From NCBI GenBank assembly GCA_943788195.1, contig CALSPH010000001.1, forward strand, positions 59,673 through 123,672: a stretch of 64,000 nucleotides of DNA, in the 5' to 3' direction. This document shows, piece after piece, positions 9,893-21,598 of this stretch; within the stretch, counting starts at the first letter, position 1; each line of letters begins with the position of its first letter. A program made the position numbers and the translations under genes. The notes beneath the pieces are model-generated. The model worked only from the letters and a program-made list of their open reading frames with translations. It made no database searches and had not been told where the DNA came from. Source of the stretch: an uncultured Bacteroidia bacterium. GTDB taxonomy: Bacteria > Bacteroidota > Bacteroidia > NS11-12g > UBA955.

Positions 9893-10111
9893 TTACAAAT
9901 CCCAAACGCGCGTTCTAGCTTCGCGGTGGTATTTTCTAACATTCATCCAAAAAAGCAGTATGAGATAAATAAAAATCGGGCTGCCCAAGGTGAGAAATGA
10001 AGTATAAATGAAATAAAGTCGAATGCGCTGTGAAGAAACATTTAATTTCTCTGCAACTCGCTGGCAAACACCATACAGACTAGAATTCAATATCCATTTA
10101 TTCATTGGCAC
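9893..10111 (-). CDS. small membrane protein with a PspC domain
   Basis: LYGVCQRVAEKLNVSSQRIRLYFIYTSFLTLGSPIFIYLILLF follows the PspC-domain pattern (GVCgGlA...vRl.fv). It is 72 aa. Confidence 0.45.
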   Translation of the reverse strand: MPMNKWILNSSLYGVCQRVAEKLNVSSQRIRLYFIYTSFLTLGSPIFIYLILLFWMNVRKYHREARTRVWDL

Positions 10112-10214
10112 AAAGTTAAAGAATAGATGTTAAAACAAAAAAGCGGAAGTTATTTAACGAAAAAACATTGTTTATGTAGCTTTTGGGTTTCATCTTTGTT
10201 TTGCATAAAACCAC

Positions 10215-12617
10215 ATGATTAAGAAAATCATACAAAAATTTGGCACTGCGCCTGTATTCTTTACAGCGATATCGACTATTCTTGGTGCGGTAATGTTCCT
10301 TCGTTTTGGATATGCCGTGGGTGCAGTTGGCTTACAAGGAACGATTGCCATTATTATTATTGGCCATTTGGTTACCATTCCAACAGCAATGGCCATTGCA
10401 GAAATTTCTACGAATCAAAAGGTTGAAGGAGGAGGAGAGTATTATATCATATCCCGTTCCTTCGGATTGGTAATCGGCTCTACCATTGGCCTTGCACTAT
10501 ATTTATCTCAAGCCATTAGCATCGCTTTTTATGTGATGGCATTTGCAGAGGCTTTCACCCCTTTATTCAGCTGGATAATAGCCAGTTACAACCTCCCCGA
10601 CTGGCTAAAACTTGTATTAGAAACCAAACAAACTGTGGGTATACCTGCATTATTACTTTTAACATTCATTATGTTAAGTAAAGGGGCAGATCTGGGTGTC
10701 AAAACTTTGTATTACGTAGTGGCTATTTTAGGTATTTCACTTATTGCATTTTTCGTAGGTAATGGTGAATATATCACCCACCCGGCAGAAAATGGAAATG
10801 TGGCACAAACTGAATTAATGATTCAGGAATCAGATCAACTTAATTCCATTACCTCCGATACAAGCTTCTTAAAAAATCGTTTGCCTGATTCTATCCCCAT
10901 GCAGATTATTGATAGAAAAAAGCTGAGTAAAGTGGAAGTATCTGAGGCTAAAAACCCCACTCCTACAGCCCCATTAGCCATTGGATTCTTTACCATTTTT
11001 GCAATCATATTTCCAGCTTTTACTGGAATGACTGCTGGGGTTGGTCTTTCGGGTGATCTTAAGGACCCGGGCAAATCAATACCCAACGGAACTCTAATGG
11101 CTACAGTTGGGGGCATGATCATCTATATCTTCTTGGCCATAAAACTATCTGGTTCAGCCTCTCCTGCAGCTTTGGCTGATAAGAGCAACTTAATCATGGC
11201 GGATATAGCATGGCAAGGGTGGTGGCTCATTCCATTAGGTATGGCTGCTGCAACGATTTCATCTGCGTTGGGCTCTATTATGGTTGCCCCAAGAACGCTT
11301 CAAGCCATTGCAAAAGATCGCATATTTCCAGCGCGCCCAATGAATTTCTGGATTGCAAAAGGTACAGGCAAAAACAAGGAGCCATTCAACGCTTCGATTA
11401 TTACTGTTGCGATTGCGGCTGTGTTCATTTTAATGGGTGCGATTGATAGCGTTGCAGAAATTATTTCCATGTTTTTTATGGTAACCTATGGGTCTTTATG
11501 TCTCATTTCATTTTTAAATCATTTTGCAGCGGACCCCGCATATCGACCACGTTTTACGTCAAGATGGTACCTATCCTTGTTTGGAGCTATTGCATGTTTT
11601 GGGTTAATGTTTTTTATGAATCCTGCTTATGCTGCAATGGCCATTGGGCTGATGGTTGGCCTGTATTTCTTTATTAGTTATTACAATAGCGACAAGAAAT
11701 CAATAGCGGCCATATTCCAAGGGGTGATTTTCCAATTCAATAGAGGGTTGCATATTTTCTTGCAGAAGGCAGACAAGGAACAATTGAGAAGTTGGCGCCC
11801 AGCTGCCATAGCAATTTCAGAAGCTACTTTCCAACGATTGGGCCTTTTTGAACTAATTAAATGGACTTCACAGAAGTATGGTTTTGGAACATATATTCAT
11901 CATATCAATGGGTATATCTCAAAAAAATCTACTCAAGAAGCTTCAGAAATAAAGAATAAACTGATTGATATTACTGGAGCCAGTAAAAGTAAAGTATATG
12001 TAGATGCTATTATCAATAGTTCTTTTACAAGCTCCTTAGCTCAAGTTTTACAAATGCCTAGCATCGCAGGTATATCCAACAATTTGATCATGATGGAATA
12101 CGCCAGTAATGACAAGGAAAAACTGGGCCAAATAACTGAGAACTTGAGCCTGATCCGTTCCATGAAACACGATACAGTGATCTTAAAGAATAGTGAACGC
12201 GGTTTCGGGATTAAGCGCGAAATACATATTTGGATCACCGAATCGGATTTTGAAAATGCAAATCTGATGATTCTTCTCAGTTATATTATTTCAGGACATC
12301 GCGATTGGAAAGATTCAGAAATTAAGATTTTTGCCTGTTTCACGGATGATCATGCAGAAGAAGAAACCAATAAGTTGTTTAATTTGATGAAAACAGGCCA
12401 GCTGCCTATTTCACCCAATAATATAAAAGTGGTATCGCTGTCGGATGGACTCGCTCAGTATGAACTGATTCAAAAAGAATCTCGATTTGCTGATTTAAAT
12501 GTTGTTGGAATGCGCTACGAGCAAATCAAACATGAAGGAGCAAGTTTCTTTGAAAACTTCAATGAATTAGGAAACATCATTTTCGTAAATTCACTGGAAG
12601 AAAAATACATCAAGTAA
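10215..12617 (+). CDS. APC-superfamily transporter with a large C-terminal cytoplasmic domain (SLC12 cation-chloride-cotransporter-like, annotated as an amino acid permease)
   Basis: 800 aa in total. There are 12 predicted N-terminal TM helices bearing APC-type motifs, followed by a ~300-aa soluble C-terminal domain. Confidence 0.65.
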   Translation: MIKKIIQKFGTAPVFFTAISTILGAVMFLRFGYAVGAVGLQGTIAIIIIGHLVTIPTAMAIAEISTNQKVEGGGEYYIISRSFGLVIGSTIGLALYLSQAISIAFYVMAFAEAFTPLFSWIIASYNLPDWLKLVLETKQTVGIPALLLLTFIMLSKGADLGVKTLYYVVAILGISLIAFFVGNGEYITHPAENGNVAQTELMIQESDQLNSITSDTSFLKNRLPDSIPMQIIDRKKLSKVEVSEAKNPTPTAPLAIGFFTIFAIIFPAFTGMTAGVGLSGDLKDPGKSIPNGTLMATVGGMIIYIFLAIKLSGSASPAALADKSNLIMADIAWQGWWLIPLGMAAATISSALGSIMVAPRTLQAIAKDRIFPARPMNFWIAKGTGKNKEPFNASIITVAIAAVFILMGAIDSVAEIISMFFMVTYGSLCLISFLNHFAADPAYRPRFTSRWYLSLFGAIACFGLMFFMNPAYAAMAIGLMVGLYFFISYYNSDKKSIAAIFQGVIFQFNRGLHIFLQKADKEQLRSWRPAAIAISEATFQRLGLFELIKWTSQKYGFGTYIHHINGYISKKSTQEASEIKNKLIDITGASKSKVYVDAIINSSFTSSLAQVLQMPSIAGISNNLIMMEYASNDKEKLGQITENLSLIRSMKHDTVILKNSERGFGIKREIHIWITESDFENANLMILLSYIISGHRDWKDSEIKIFACFTDDHAEEETNKLFNLMKTGQLPISPNNIKVVSLSDGLAQYELIQKESRFADLNVVGMRYEQIKHEGASFFENFNELGNIIFVNSLEEKYIK

Positions 12618-13954
12618 TGATTAAACAAATTATTGCACGCCTTAAGGAGGCTTTTGATCTTCGCAGAGACAAAGACTTTCTTCATCGGATTGTAGAGACC
12701 ATCGAATCGGGGATTCAATTTAGAGGGGTTAACCTGTATATCCTCATTTTTGCTATCCTAATTTGTTCTTTGGGACTGGACATAAACTCCACAGCAGTTA
12801 TCATTGGCGCTATGCTTATTTCACCCTTGATGGGGCCAATTATTGGCTTGGGTTTCGCATTGGGAACTACCAATTGGGATCTGCTATTAAATGCGGGTAG
12901 AAATTACCTTATTGCTACCGCTTTAGCATTAACTACATCTACTCTCTATTTCCTCCTTTCACCCCTAGATTTAGAGCAAAGTGAGTTGCTCATGCGCACC
13001 CAACCCAGTATTTATGATGTTTTGATTGCTTTCTTTGGAGGGTTTGCTGGAATTATGGCTACTTCCTCTAAACTAAAAGGCAATGTTATTCCAGGTGTGG
13101 CCATTGCTACTGCACTTATGCCACCCTTGTGCACTGCAGGTTTTGGCCTTGCAGAAATGAATACCACCTATCTTTTTGGGGCATTATATCTGTATATCAT
13201 CAACACCGTTTTTATTGGAATGGCTACATTTCTTGCATGTCGTTTGCTAAGAATTCCTGTGAAACAAACTGAGCCTGAAAACATTAACAAGGCAAAAAAA
13301 ATTGCCGGTACCATAGCGCTTGTGACATTCTTGCCCGCAGTATATTTAGGCTTTAATTTATTGCAAAAAACACGTTTTAACAATAATGCAAAATCATTCA
13401 TTGAGCAAGCTTGTGTCTTAGAAGATAATTATCTCTTTTCCAGTAAGGTAGATTTTGACCACAAAACTATAGAATTGGTTTATGGAGGCGGTGATATTTC
13501 GGACTCAACCGTTCAAATGATTCTATCCAAAAAAGATCAATTCAATCTACAAAAAGCAAATATTCAAATCATAGAATCCTTCTCGAAACCCATTACAGAT
13601 ATCAAAGAAGGACTGCAAAGTGTCTATATGCAAATGGATGAAAAAGACATTCGCATTCAGCAATTAAAACAAGACTTTGATACCTTAAAGTTTCAATTGC
13701 AAGTGCTCCAAACACAAAGCGAACTGACTAACAAGTTTGATCAAATTATAACTGCTACGATTAAGAACAATGCCCAGGACAGTATACATCTGGAACTTAT
13801 CTTAAAACAAACCCTTACCAAAACGCGCAGAGGCAGAAAAATAAGCCCAGGAACACTGAATGGTACAGACAGTAATCTAATCATTCTTTTCGTACAAAAT
13901 AGACTTAACACAAAACATGTTTTGCTCGAAATAAATAATCTTAAAAAGGACTAA
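12617..13954 (+). CDS. DUF389-family membrane protein with a C-terminal coiled-coil
   Basis: The N-terminal hydrophobic domain matches the TIGR00341/DUF389 pattern (ISPLMGPIIGLGFALG). Its start overlaps the upstream stop in an ATGA, which implies translational coupling. Confidence 0.55.
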   Translation: MIKQIIARLKEAFDLRRDKDFLHRIVETIESGIQFRGVNLYILIFAILICSLGLDINSTAVIIGAMLISPLMGPIIGLGFALGTTNWDLLLNAGRNYLIATALALTTSTLYFLLSPLDLEQSELLMRTQPSIYDVLIAFFGGFAGIMATSSKLKGNVIPGVAIATALMPPLCTAGFGLAEMNTTYLFGALYLYIINTVFIGMATFLACRLLRIPVKQTEPENINKAKKIAGTIALVTFLPAVYLGFNLLQKTRFNNNAKSFIEQACVLEDNYLFSSKVDFDHKTIELVYGGGDISDSTVQMILSKKDQFNLQKANIQIIESFSKPITDIKEGLQSVYMQMDEKDIRIQQLKQDFDTLKFQLQVLQTQSELTNKFDQIITATIKNNAQDSIHLELILKQTLTKTRRGRKISPGTLNGTDSNLIILFVQNRLNTKHVLLEINNLKKD

Positions 13955-14042
13955 TCATTATTGAATTTGAATTGTTTATTTATTACTCAAAAAATAGTAG
14001 GTTTGAGCAAGGACAGTAATAAACTATAAATAACTGATAATC

Positions 14043-16922
14043 ATGCAATTAAATATTAATCAGCAAGAAAAATTTGCCAACAGACATCTGGGTTATGGCG
14101 AATCTGACAAAGAAGCAATGCTTCAGGCTTCTGGTTTTAGCTCAATGGACGAGCTAATTGACAAAACTATTCCAAGTTCAATCCGTTTGAAACAACCGAT
14201 GGATTTGAGTACGGCAATACCTGAACAAGAGTTTTTACGCAACCTGAAAAAAATAGCCAGCAAGAATAAAGTATACAAATCGTATATCGGTATGGGCTAT
14301 TTCGATACCTATGTCCCCAATGTTATTTTGAGGAATATTATGGAAAATCCAGGATGGTATACACAATATACGCCTTACCAAGCCGAGATTGCCCAAGGTA
14401 GATTAGAAGCATTGCTCAACTTCCAAACCATGGTCATGGATCTTACCGGGATGGAATTAGCCAATGCAAGTCTTTTGGATGAAGGAACTGCAGCCGCTGA
14501 GGCTATGGGTATGTTTAAAGCACTGAATAAAAAAGGCGATAAACCAAAATTCTTTGTTGATGAAGAAGTGTATCCACAAACCAAAGAAGTAATCGAAACA
14601 AGAGCAGCTCCAATGCAAATTGAGCTGGTATATGGTGTTTTTAATGAAACCACATTAGATGACTCATTCTTTGGTGCTTTGGTGCAATATCCAAATGAAA
14701 AAGGAGCCATATCGGATTATCGTTCATTTACAGAAAGTGCAACTGAGCTAAATATACCTGTATGCGCTGTAGCAGATTTACTTTCCTTAAGCTTAATAAC
14801 CCCTCCAGGAGAATGGGGTGCTTCAACGGTTGTTGGAACCACACAACGTTTTGGTGTTCCTATGGGATACGGTGGACCCCATGCGGCCTATTTTGCAACT
14901 AAAGATGAGTACAAAAGAAATATCCCAGGAAGAATTATTGGGGTAAGTATCGATCGACATGGCAACCGTGCCCTTAGAATGGCCTTACAAACCAGAGAAC
15001 AGCATATTAGAAGACAAAGTGCCACAAGTAATATTTGTACTGCTCAGGTGCTGTTGGCAATTATGGCTGGCATGTATGGTGTTTATCATGGACCAGATGG
15101 GATTAAAGGTATTGCAAGCCGAATTCACAGTCAAGCTTCTGTTTTTGAAACTGCAGTTAAATCGATGGGGTATGAACAACTGAATGAAAGTTATTTTGAC
15201 ACCTTGTACATTAAAGCTCCCAACGCCACTCAACTAAAACAACTTTGTGAAGCAAATGAAGTTAATCTTCGCTTTTTTGACAATGATTGTGTTGGCGTTG
15301 CTTTTGATGAAACTAAAACCGTGGAAGACCTTCAACAATTGGTTGATATTTTTGCAGAAGCTGCAGGCAAATCAACTGTAAAAGTTAAAAGTAGCATGGC
15401 TACTTCTCGCATTTCAAAATCATTGGAACGGAATAGCAACTATATGTTCCATCCTGTATTTAATTCCTATCAATCTGAGCATGAAATGCTCAGGTACATC
15501 AAGCGATTGGAGAGTAAGGATCTTTCCCTTTGTCATAGCATGATTTCATTAGGGAGTTGCACCATGAAATTGAACGCAACCGCAGAAATGATCCCAGTTA
15601 CTTGGCCAGAATTCAATGGTATTCACCCATTTGCTCCTCAAAATCAAGTGGTAGGATATAATGAGATATTATCCGATTTAGAAAACGATTTGGCCGTAAT
15701 TACTGGATTTCATGGTACAAGCCTTCAACCCAATGCTGGTGCACAGGGTGAGTATACTGGTTTGTTAACTATAAAAGCATATTTAGAAGATAAGGGTGAA
15801 GGGCATCGTCACATTGCTTTAATTCCATCATCCGCACACGGAACCAACCCTGCCAGTGCAGTGATGGCTGGAATGAAAGTAGTGGTTACTAAATGTGATG
15901 AGAAAGGAAATATTGATGTTACCGATCTTAAAGAAAAGGCAGAATTGCATAAAGACAATTTAGCTTGCCTTATGGTAACCTATCCGTCAACCCATGGTGT
16001 TTTTGAAACTGCTATTAAAGAGATCACCCAGCTCATTCACGATAATGGAGGACAAGTCTATATGGATGGTGCAAACATGAATGCCCAAGTGGGCTTAACC
16101 AATCCAGGTATGATTGGTGCAGATGTATGTCACTTGAACTTGCACAAAACATTCTGTATACCGCATGGTGGTGGTGGACCAGGAATGGGACCTATCTGCG
16201 TTGCAGAGCATTTAACGCCATTCTTACCGAACCACGGAATCGTTCCTGTTTCGGGAGAGAAGGGAATTACTGCTGTTTCTGCAGCACCATATGGAAGTGC
16301 CAGTATCCTATTGATATCCTATGCATATATTAAAATGATGGGTGTGAATGGACTTACCGATGCCACTAAATATGCCATTCTGAATGCCAACTATATTAAA
16401 TCAAGACTCGAAGGAGAATACGATGTGTTATACACAGGAGAACATGGAAACTGCGCACATGAAATGATTCTGGACACACGTGAGTTTAAAAAGACCGCGC
16501 AGGTTGAAGCCGAAGATATCGCCAAACGTCTGATGGATTACGGATATCATGCTCCCACCCTTTCTTTTCCGGTTGCAGGCACCTTGATGATCGAGCCTAC
16601 GGAAAGTGAGAGCAAAGAAGAATTGGATCGATTTTGTGATACCATGTTGAGTATTCGACAAGAAATTCGTGCGATTGAAAATGGTACCATGAGCCAAGAG
16701 GATAATGTATTGGTAAATGCACCACACACCGCAGCAGAAGTAGTGAATGACGCATGGAGTCATGCCTATGGAAGAGAGGAAGCCGCTTATCCACTTTCTT
16801 GGGTGCATGAACGCAAATTCTGGCCATCGGTAGGCCGTGTGAACAGCACCTATGGAGATCGTAATCTCATCTGTGCCTGCCTTCCTATGGAAGCCTATGA
16901 AGAAGAAGCAGCCACTTCATAG
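14043..16922 (+). CDS. gcvP: glycine dehydrogenase (decarboxylating), the glycine cleavage system P protein
   Basis: 959 aa. Full-length similarity to GcvP, including the PLP-lysine region ([19 protein letters not shown]). Confidence 0.95.
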   Translation: MQLNINQQEKFANRHLGYGESDKEAMLQASGFSSMDELIDKTIPSSIRLKQPMDLSTAIPEQEFLRNLKKIASKNKVYKSYIGMGYFDTYVPNVILRNIMENPGWYTQYTPYQAEIAQGRLEALLNFQTMVMDLTGMELANASLLDEGTAAAEAMGMFKALNKKGDKPKFFVDEEVYPQTKEVIETRAAPMQIELVYGVFNETTLDDSFFGALVQYPNEKGAISDYRSFTESATELNIPVCAVADLLSLSLITPPGEWGASTVVGTTQRFGVPMGYGGPHAAYFATKDEYKRNIPGRIIGVSIDRHGNRALRMALQTREQHIRRQSATSNICTAQVLLAIMAGMYGVYHGPDGIKGIASRIHSQASVFETAVKSMGYEQLNESYFDTLYIKAPNATQLKQLCEANEVNLRFFDNDCVGVAFDETKTVEDLQQLVDIFAEAAGKSTVKVKSSMATSRISKSLERNSNYMFHPVFNSYQSEHEMLRYIKRLESKDLSLCHSMISLGSCTMKLNATAEMIPVTWPEFNGIHPFAPQNQVVGYNEILSDLENDLAVITGFHGTSLQPNAGAQGEYTGLLTIKAYLEDKGEGHRHIALIPSSAHGTNPASAVMAGMKVVVTKCDEKGNIDVTDLKEKAELHKDNLACLMVTYPSTHGVFETAIKEITQLIHDNGGQVYMDGANMNAQVGLTNPGMIGADVCHLNLHKTFCIPHGGGGPGMGPICVAEHLTPFLPNHGIVPVSGEKGITAVSAAPYGSASILLISYAYIKMMGVNGLTDATKYAILNANYIKSRLEGEYDVLYTGEHGNCAHEMILDTREFKKTAQVEAEDIAKRLMDYGYHAPTLSFPVAGTLMIEPTESESKEELDRFCDTMLSIRQEIRAIENGTMSQEDNVLVNAPHTAAEVVNDAWSHAYGREEAAYPLSWVHERKFWPSVGRVNSTYGDRNLICACLPMEAYEEEAATS

Positions 16923-16993
16923 TTTCTTCCTCTAGCCGTCCATCTTCCCATATCATTTAGGGTATGGCTTTATTTTTGCATTTATGAAACCCT

Positions 16994-17992
16994 ATGGTAA
17001 AAAACCTTACTATTCTTGTTCTTTTTGCCCTGTTATCTGCTTGTTCAATCAACAACTATCCCAAAGCCAAGGAGATCACAAAAATCACGGTTAAATTAGA
17101 TTCTACGCAGGGTTGTAATTTTGGAAGTTTAGTACGTGTTAATTTTATCGCGGAAACCACTAATAAAAATGTTTTTGCCGTAAATAATCAAATTGAATTT
17201 AGGGATTCTACCATCTATTACTATCCCAATAGTATCAATCTACATATCAATCTAAATCCATTAACCCATAGTGATTCGGTTATACATGTGGTATATCGGC
17301 ATGTGGATGCTGAAACTTGGGACAGCTTCCCGCTGAAATTAGATTACAACGAAAACATCTATTTCAATCTAAATGGAAAAAATGCTTCAGACAATCCCAA
17401 AACCAAGGAATCCTTTTTGTCTGCATTAGTTAATTTAAGTGCTGGAAGCGATGGTTATAATGGTAAAAAAGGATTAAATGCGCAAAGTGCCAAAATATTT
17501 ATTTGGAAGGATACGGTTTCAGAAGTGTATAGCATATACATAAATTATTTAGATTCGAGCGGATATCGTTTCTATGCAAGTACCGCTCCTATCCCTTTAC
17601 TCATAGAAGCCAATGGTGGAAATGGAGAAGATGGCCAAAATGGGCGCAATGGGAGACGTGGGTCAAGCGGAGGAAGAGATGGTATGGGCAGGGCTGGAGG
17701 CGATGGTGGTGACGGTGGAGATGGCGGTGATGGCGGTGAAGGAGGAACTATTCTGGTATACATTCATCCCAATGCCGGTGCATTCAAAGATAAAATCAAC
17801 GCCTTCTCAAAAGGTGGAGCACCAGGCAAGGCTGGCAGAGCTGGAAGTGGCGGGCTGGGAGGTTCGGGTTCCATCAATGGGGTTGACGGTATTGATGGAA
17901 TGAATGGTTTTGAGGGCTACAAGGGATATGAGGGCCCAGACCCTTACATCGTAATAGATGAATTTGACATCAACTCCATTTTGGGATTTTAA
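16994..17992 (+). CDS. lipoprotein carrying a Gly-rich, collagen-like (GGDGGD)n and GxGxG tract
   Basis: Lipobox LLSAC. The low-complexity stretch GRRGSSGGRDGMGRAGGDGGDGGDGGDGGEGG is encoded by a 9-bp tandem repeat at ~17695-17745. Confidence 0.5.
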   Translation: MVKNLTILVLFALLSACSINNYPKAKEITKITVKLDSTQGCNFGSLVRVNFIAETTNKNVFAVNNQIEFRDSTIYYYPNSINLHINLNPLTHSDSVIHVVYRHVDAETWDSFPLKLDYNENIYFNLNGKNASDNPKTKESFLSALVNLSAGSDGYNGKKGLNAQSAKIFIWKDTVSEVYSIYINYLDSSGYRFYASTAPIPLLIEANGGNGEDGQNGRNGRRGSSGGRDGMGRAGGDGGDGGDGGDGGEGGTILVYIHPNAGAFKDKINAFSKGGAPGKAGRAGSGGLGGSGSINGVDGIDGMNGFEGYKGYEGPDPYIVIDEFDINSILGF

Positions 17993-18034
17993 ATAAATTA
18001 TTGAAAAGTATATCTTTGGATTAAAGTAAACCCC

Positions 18035-18475
18035 ATGAGATTCAACGGAGAAGTGATTATTAATAGGCCTAAAGAGTTAGTAGCAAAGCTTTTTGTAGAC
18101 CCAAAATATATGGGCGAATACCAAGATGGGTTTTTAAGAAAAGAGTTGGAAAGTGGCAAGCCAAATCAAAAAGGAGCCGTATCTAAAATTTACTATCAGT
18201 ATGGAAAAAGAGAAATGGAACTCACCGAGACCATAACTTCCAGTAATCTTCCCGACACAATCGAAGCGTTTTACCATCACATGCATATGGACAATACCAT
18301 GCGTTGTATTTTTACCTCTATTGGTGAGCATAGTACACGATATGAATACGAGTTTGAATATACTGAAGTAAGGGGTTTCATAGCCAAGATGATGATGCGG
18401 TTTGCTCCGGGTATGTTCAAAAAACCAGCTGCAAAATGGATGAATCAATTTAAGGCATTTGTAGAAAAACAATAA
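18035..18475 (+). CDS. small soluble protein, possibly of the SRPBCC/polyketide-cyclase-like fold
   Basis: 146 aa with neither signal peptide nor TM helix. The fold is a weak guess from sequence pattern. Confidence 0.3.
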   Translation: MRFNGEVIINRPKELVAKLFVDPKYMGEYQDGFLRKELESGKPNQKGAVSKIYYQYGKREMELTETITSSNLPDTIEAFYHHMHMDNTMRCIFTSIGEHSTRYEYEFEYTEVRGFIAKMMMRFAPGMFKKPAAKWMNQFKAFVEKQ

Positions 18476-18513
18476 TGGACTTTCAAGAAAAAAACACCAC
18501 GTTATGATGCATC

Positions 18514-18801
18514 GTGGTGCTTTGTCTTGTGATTGAGCGCAAAGGAAAATCAGTGGCCTTTACTTCGGCAAATGGGCATATGTTTTCGCTGTTAAATAAA
18601 GACGGTGAACTTGGGGTTCGATTTTATAAAGAGATTCAAGAAAAGTATTTCGAAACTTATAACACCCTTTATCTCATGTCGCACGGAGCCAAAATGAAGG
18701 GGTATATCTTAATCACGGAGGACATGTTTACCGACATGGACCTGCTGGTGAACTTGCTCAAAGAAGGTCACCACTATGTGATGAGTTTGGATCCTAAGTA
18801 G
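18514..18801 (+). CDS. hypothetical small protein
   Basis: An ORF of 95 aa at most. The start is uncertain and no family could be assigned. Confidence 0.2.
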   Translation: MVLCLVIERKGKSVAFTSANGHMFSLLNKDGELGVRFYKEIQEKYFETYNTLYLMSHGAKMKGYILITEDMFTDMDLLVNLLKEGHHYVMSLDPK

Positions 18802-18847
18802 TTCCTCTTTAAAGTACACATACTTTAGCTCATATATTATTCCTGCC

Positions 18848-20338
18848 ATGGCTAATGCATTAATGGAAAAAATTATGTTTTTTTGCGAAACCATTTTAAT
18901 ATTTGAAATGACCTCAAATAGAGCCAAAAAGCATCAAAGCTATTTCGACAATCTTGCAAAAGGGTTGAGAAAATACCGCAAACCCAGAAATTATTACTGG
19001 AACGACATTGTAAAGTACTGTAACTTCTACATCGCTCCAGAAGATACCCTACTAGAAATTGGCTGTGCCAATGGTGATGCACTATCAAAAATTCATGGCT
19101 CCCGTAAAACTGGGATAGATTTTAGCCAAAAAATGATTGATGAGGCAAAAGCCAATCATCCTGATATGCATTTTCATTGCATGGATGCACATGATTTAAC
19201 CTTAGATCAAACATTTGATGTTATTCTGTTATCCAATGTGGTAGGGCTATTTGACGATGTGCAAGTAGTTTTTGAGCAATTGAAAAAAGTGAGTCATGCT
19301 AAAACAAGAATTATTGTAAACTACTATAGCCACTTATGGGAGCCTTTCTTAAAATTGGGTGAATTCATCGGGATTAAAAAGCGAACTCCACAGCAGAACT
19401 GGCTTAGCAGTAAAGACATCGAAAACCTTTTAGAATTGGCAGGTTTGGAAAGTTTTAGGAGCACCCGTAGAATGTTAATCCCATTTAACATCCCCATTAT
19501 ATCTTGGTTCTTTAATAAATACATTGCAAAACTGCCCCTTATCAATCACTTCTGCATTAATGATTTTGTAAATGCACGTGTGGTTCAAAATGTAAACGAA
19601 GATGTGAGTCAAAAATATTCTACCACTGTAGTTATTCCAGCACGGAATGAAAGTGGCAACATAGAAGATGCCATTCTGCGTTTACCTAAATTTGGGAAAC
19701 ATGTAGAAATCATCTTTGTAGAAGGGAATAGCACCGATGATACTTGGGATAAAATACAGGAGATTCAAGCAAAGTATAAAGACACACACGACATAAAAGT
19801 TTGCCAGCAACCTGGCAAGGGTAAAGGGGATGCGGTGCGCAAAGGATATGGTATTGCAACTGGAGACATATTGATGATTTTGGACGCAGACCTTACCGTT
19901 CCACCTGAAGATATTCCTAAATTTTACGATGCCATTGCCAGTGGTAAAGCTGAATTTATCAATGGAACACGTTTGGTTTACCCCATGGATAAAAAAGCCA
20001 TGCGCTTTTTGAATATGATAGGGAATCACTTCTTTTCGAAAGTATTTAGCTGGTTACTAGAGCAGCGTATTAAAGATACCCTATGTGGAACCAAGGTAAT
20101 GTTTAGAGAAGATTATAATCGCTTAGCGGCCAATCGCCATTTCTTTGGCGAGTTTGATCCTTTTGGTGATTACGATTTGCTTTTTGGAGCATACAAACTC
20201 AATTTAAAAATCTTAGACTTACCCATACGTTACCGTGAAAGAACCTATGGAGACACAAACATCTCGCGATTTAGACATGGACTTTTATTGCTAAGAATGT
20301 GCTCTTTTGCCGCTGGTAAGATTAAGTTTGTGGGATAA
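18848..20338 (+). CDS. bifunctional class-I SAM-dependent methyltransferase and family-2 glycosyltransferase (polyprenyl-phosphate sugar synthase-like, DPM1/ArnC/GtrB type)
   Basis: N-terminal motif I LEIGCANGD of a methyltransferase. The C-terminus carries VVIPARNE...ILDADLTVPPEDI, a GT2 DxD region. Confidence 0.65.
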   Translation: MANALMEKIMFFCETILIFEMTSNRAKKHQSYFDNLAKGLRKYRKPRNYYWNDIVKYCNFYIAPEDTLLEIGCANGDALSKIHGSRKTGIDFSQKMIDEAKANHPDMHFHCMDAHDLTLDQTFDVILLSNVVGLFDDVQVVFEQLKKVSHAKTRIIVNYYSHLWEPFLKLGEFIGIKKRTPQQNWLSSKDIENLLELAGLESFRSTRRMLIPFNIPIISWFFNKYIAKLPLINHFCINDFVNARVVQNVNEDVSQKYSTTVVIPARNESGNIEDAILRLPKFGKHVEIIFVEGNSTDDTWDKIQEIQAKYKDTHDIKVCQQPGKGKGDAVRKGYGIATGDILMILDADLTVPPEDIPKFYDAIASGKAEFINGTRLVYPMDKKAMRFLNMIGNHFFSKVFSWLLEQRIKDTLCGTKVMFREDYNRLAANRHFFGEFDPFGDYDLLFGAYKLNLKILDLPIRYRERTYGDTNISRFRHGLLLLRMCSFAAGKIKFVG

Positions 20339-20347
20339 TTATTCTAG

Positions 20348-21598
20348 ATGCTTCAAAAATTAGGCAATAATAAATTCGCATTTTATGGGTTCTTCTTGCT
20401 GATTTGGGTATTCATTCAACTCATCAGCGGAAATTTATTATGCAGCTTTAACCCTGCCTGTAAAACCGCAGATGCGTTTTCATACACCGAAAGTGCCTAT
20501 GCTATATTGAATGGTGGATACCCTTGGTTTCGAGCAGTGGGATATCCTATGCTCTTGGCCCCTTTCCTATCTTTTCTCAGTGAGAATGCAGTAATCGGCT
20601 TATTTACCTTATTTCAAACGATCTTATGGCTATTGAGTATCCGTTTAATTTATAATACTCTGAAAAACTGGGGAGCGGGCAATCATTTATCTCTTTTGGG
20701 ATCGTTTCTTTTCGGAACTTCTATTAGTGCACTACTAACCACCAATCACCTGCTCACGGAAACCGGTTACAATTTCCTGATGTTGCTCAGTTTGTATTTT
20801 TTATCCCATTGGCTCAAGGATAAAAACTACAAATATGCAGGCTGGATTTTCATCACATTAGTAGTTTCTGCATTGATTCGACCGCTTGGGTTAAACTTCT
20901 TTTATGCATCCATTATCATTTTGGCTATCGGTTTATATCGAGGTAATTTCAAATTAATCCCATATTTCGGCTTAGCACTTATTTTACTAGGAAGCCATCT
21001 GTTCATGATGAAAAAACATCATAACACCACCCAAATTTGCATGAGCAAAAACCATGCATTGTATCACTATCTCAATATGAAAGTGAGCCACTATCCAAAT
21101 ATGAATGCCAGCTCATATGTACATGAATTTTTTGACTTGAGTGCTCAGTTGGATGACTCAATTGGTGAGCAAAAATTCTTTTATTCCTATCGAGATAGCA
21201 TCTATTCCAGAAGGAACAAAGCAATATTTACAACATCCAAGTACGCTACACTCAAAACCATGTATGTGAATTTTAAGGATGAGATCTGGACAGGTTATAG
21301 CAATCACCGACAGGCAAATCTTTGGGTTTACACGGTTACCAAATGGCAGCATTTACTCGTTTTCATTTCCCTGGTGTTTAGTTCTTTCCTATTTGTTATC
21401 AGAATTATACGCAACCAAATGTCTTGGCCCTTGCGCATTTGGCTGGCAATTTCACTATTCATTTGCACATACATCAGTTTAGGAAGCAGCCTTGTTTTTT
21501 GGTATGGTGATCGTTTACACCTTCCTTTGTATCCCTTGGTAATTATGATAACCATACTTTTAATAGCTAACCCGAAAACCAAACAAATTGAGCAATAA
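20348..21598 (+). CDS. polytopic membrane protein, a candidate GT-C-like (ArnT/PMT/GtrC-type) lipid-linked sugar transferase
   Basis: 416 aa with ~10 predicted TM segments. It lies immediately downstream of the GT2 fusion, as in Gtr/Arn modules. This is an inference. Confidence 0.35.
   Translation: MLQKLGNNKFAFYGFFLLIWVFIQLISGNLLCSFNPACKTADAFSYTESAYAILNGGYPWFRAVGYPMLLAPFLSFLSENAVIGLFTLFQTILWLLSIRLIYNTLKNWGAGNHLSLLGSFLFGTSISALLTTNHLLTETGYNFLMLLSLYFLSHWLKDKNYKYAGWIFITLVVSALIRPLGLNFFYASIIILAIGLYRGNFKLIPYFGLALILLGSHLFMMKKHHNTTQICMSKNHALYHYLNMKVSHYPNMNASSYVHEFFDLSAQLDDSIGEQKFFYSYRDSIYSRRNKAIFTTSKYATLKTMYVNFKDEIWTGYSNHRQANLWVYTVTKWQHLLVFISLVFSSFLFVIRIIRNQMSWPLRIWLAISLFICTYISLGSSLVFWYGDRLHLPLYPLVIMITILLIANPKTKQIEQ

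Noticed and set aside
10190-10396. 68-aa minus-strand ORF overlapping the transporter start
   Set aside because: It is embedded antisense to a strongly supported long CDS and has no features of its own.
13955-14042. Glycine riboswitch upstream of gcvP
   Set aside because: The leader is short and AT-rich and lacks the conserved GGAGAG...CACCGAAGGGGCAA-type cores.
17572-17903. Minus-strand ORF encoding (PSPPSPP)n and a plus-strand ORF MVEMEKMAKMG..., both inside the Gly-rich lipoprotein gene
   Set aside because: They are antisense or alternative-frame readings of the (GGDGGD)n low-complexity tract, so they are spurious.
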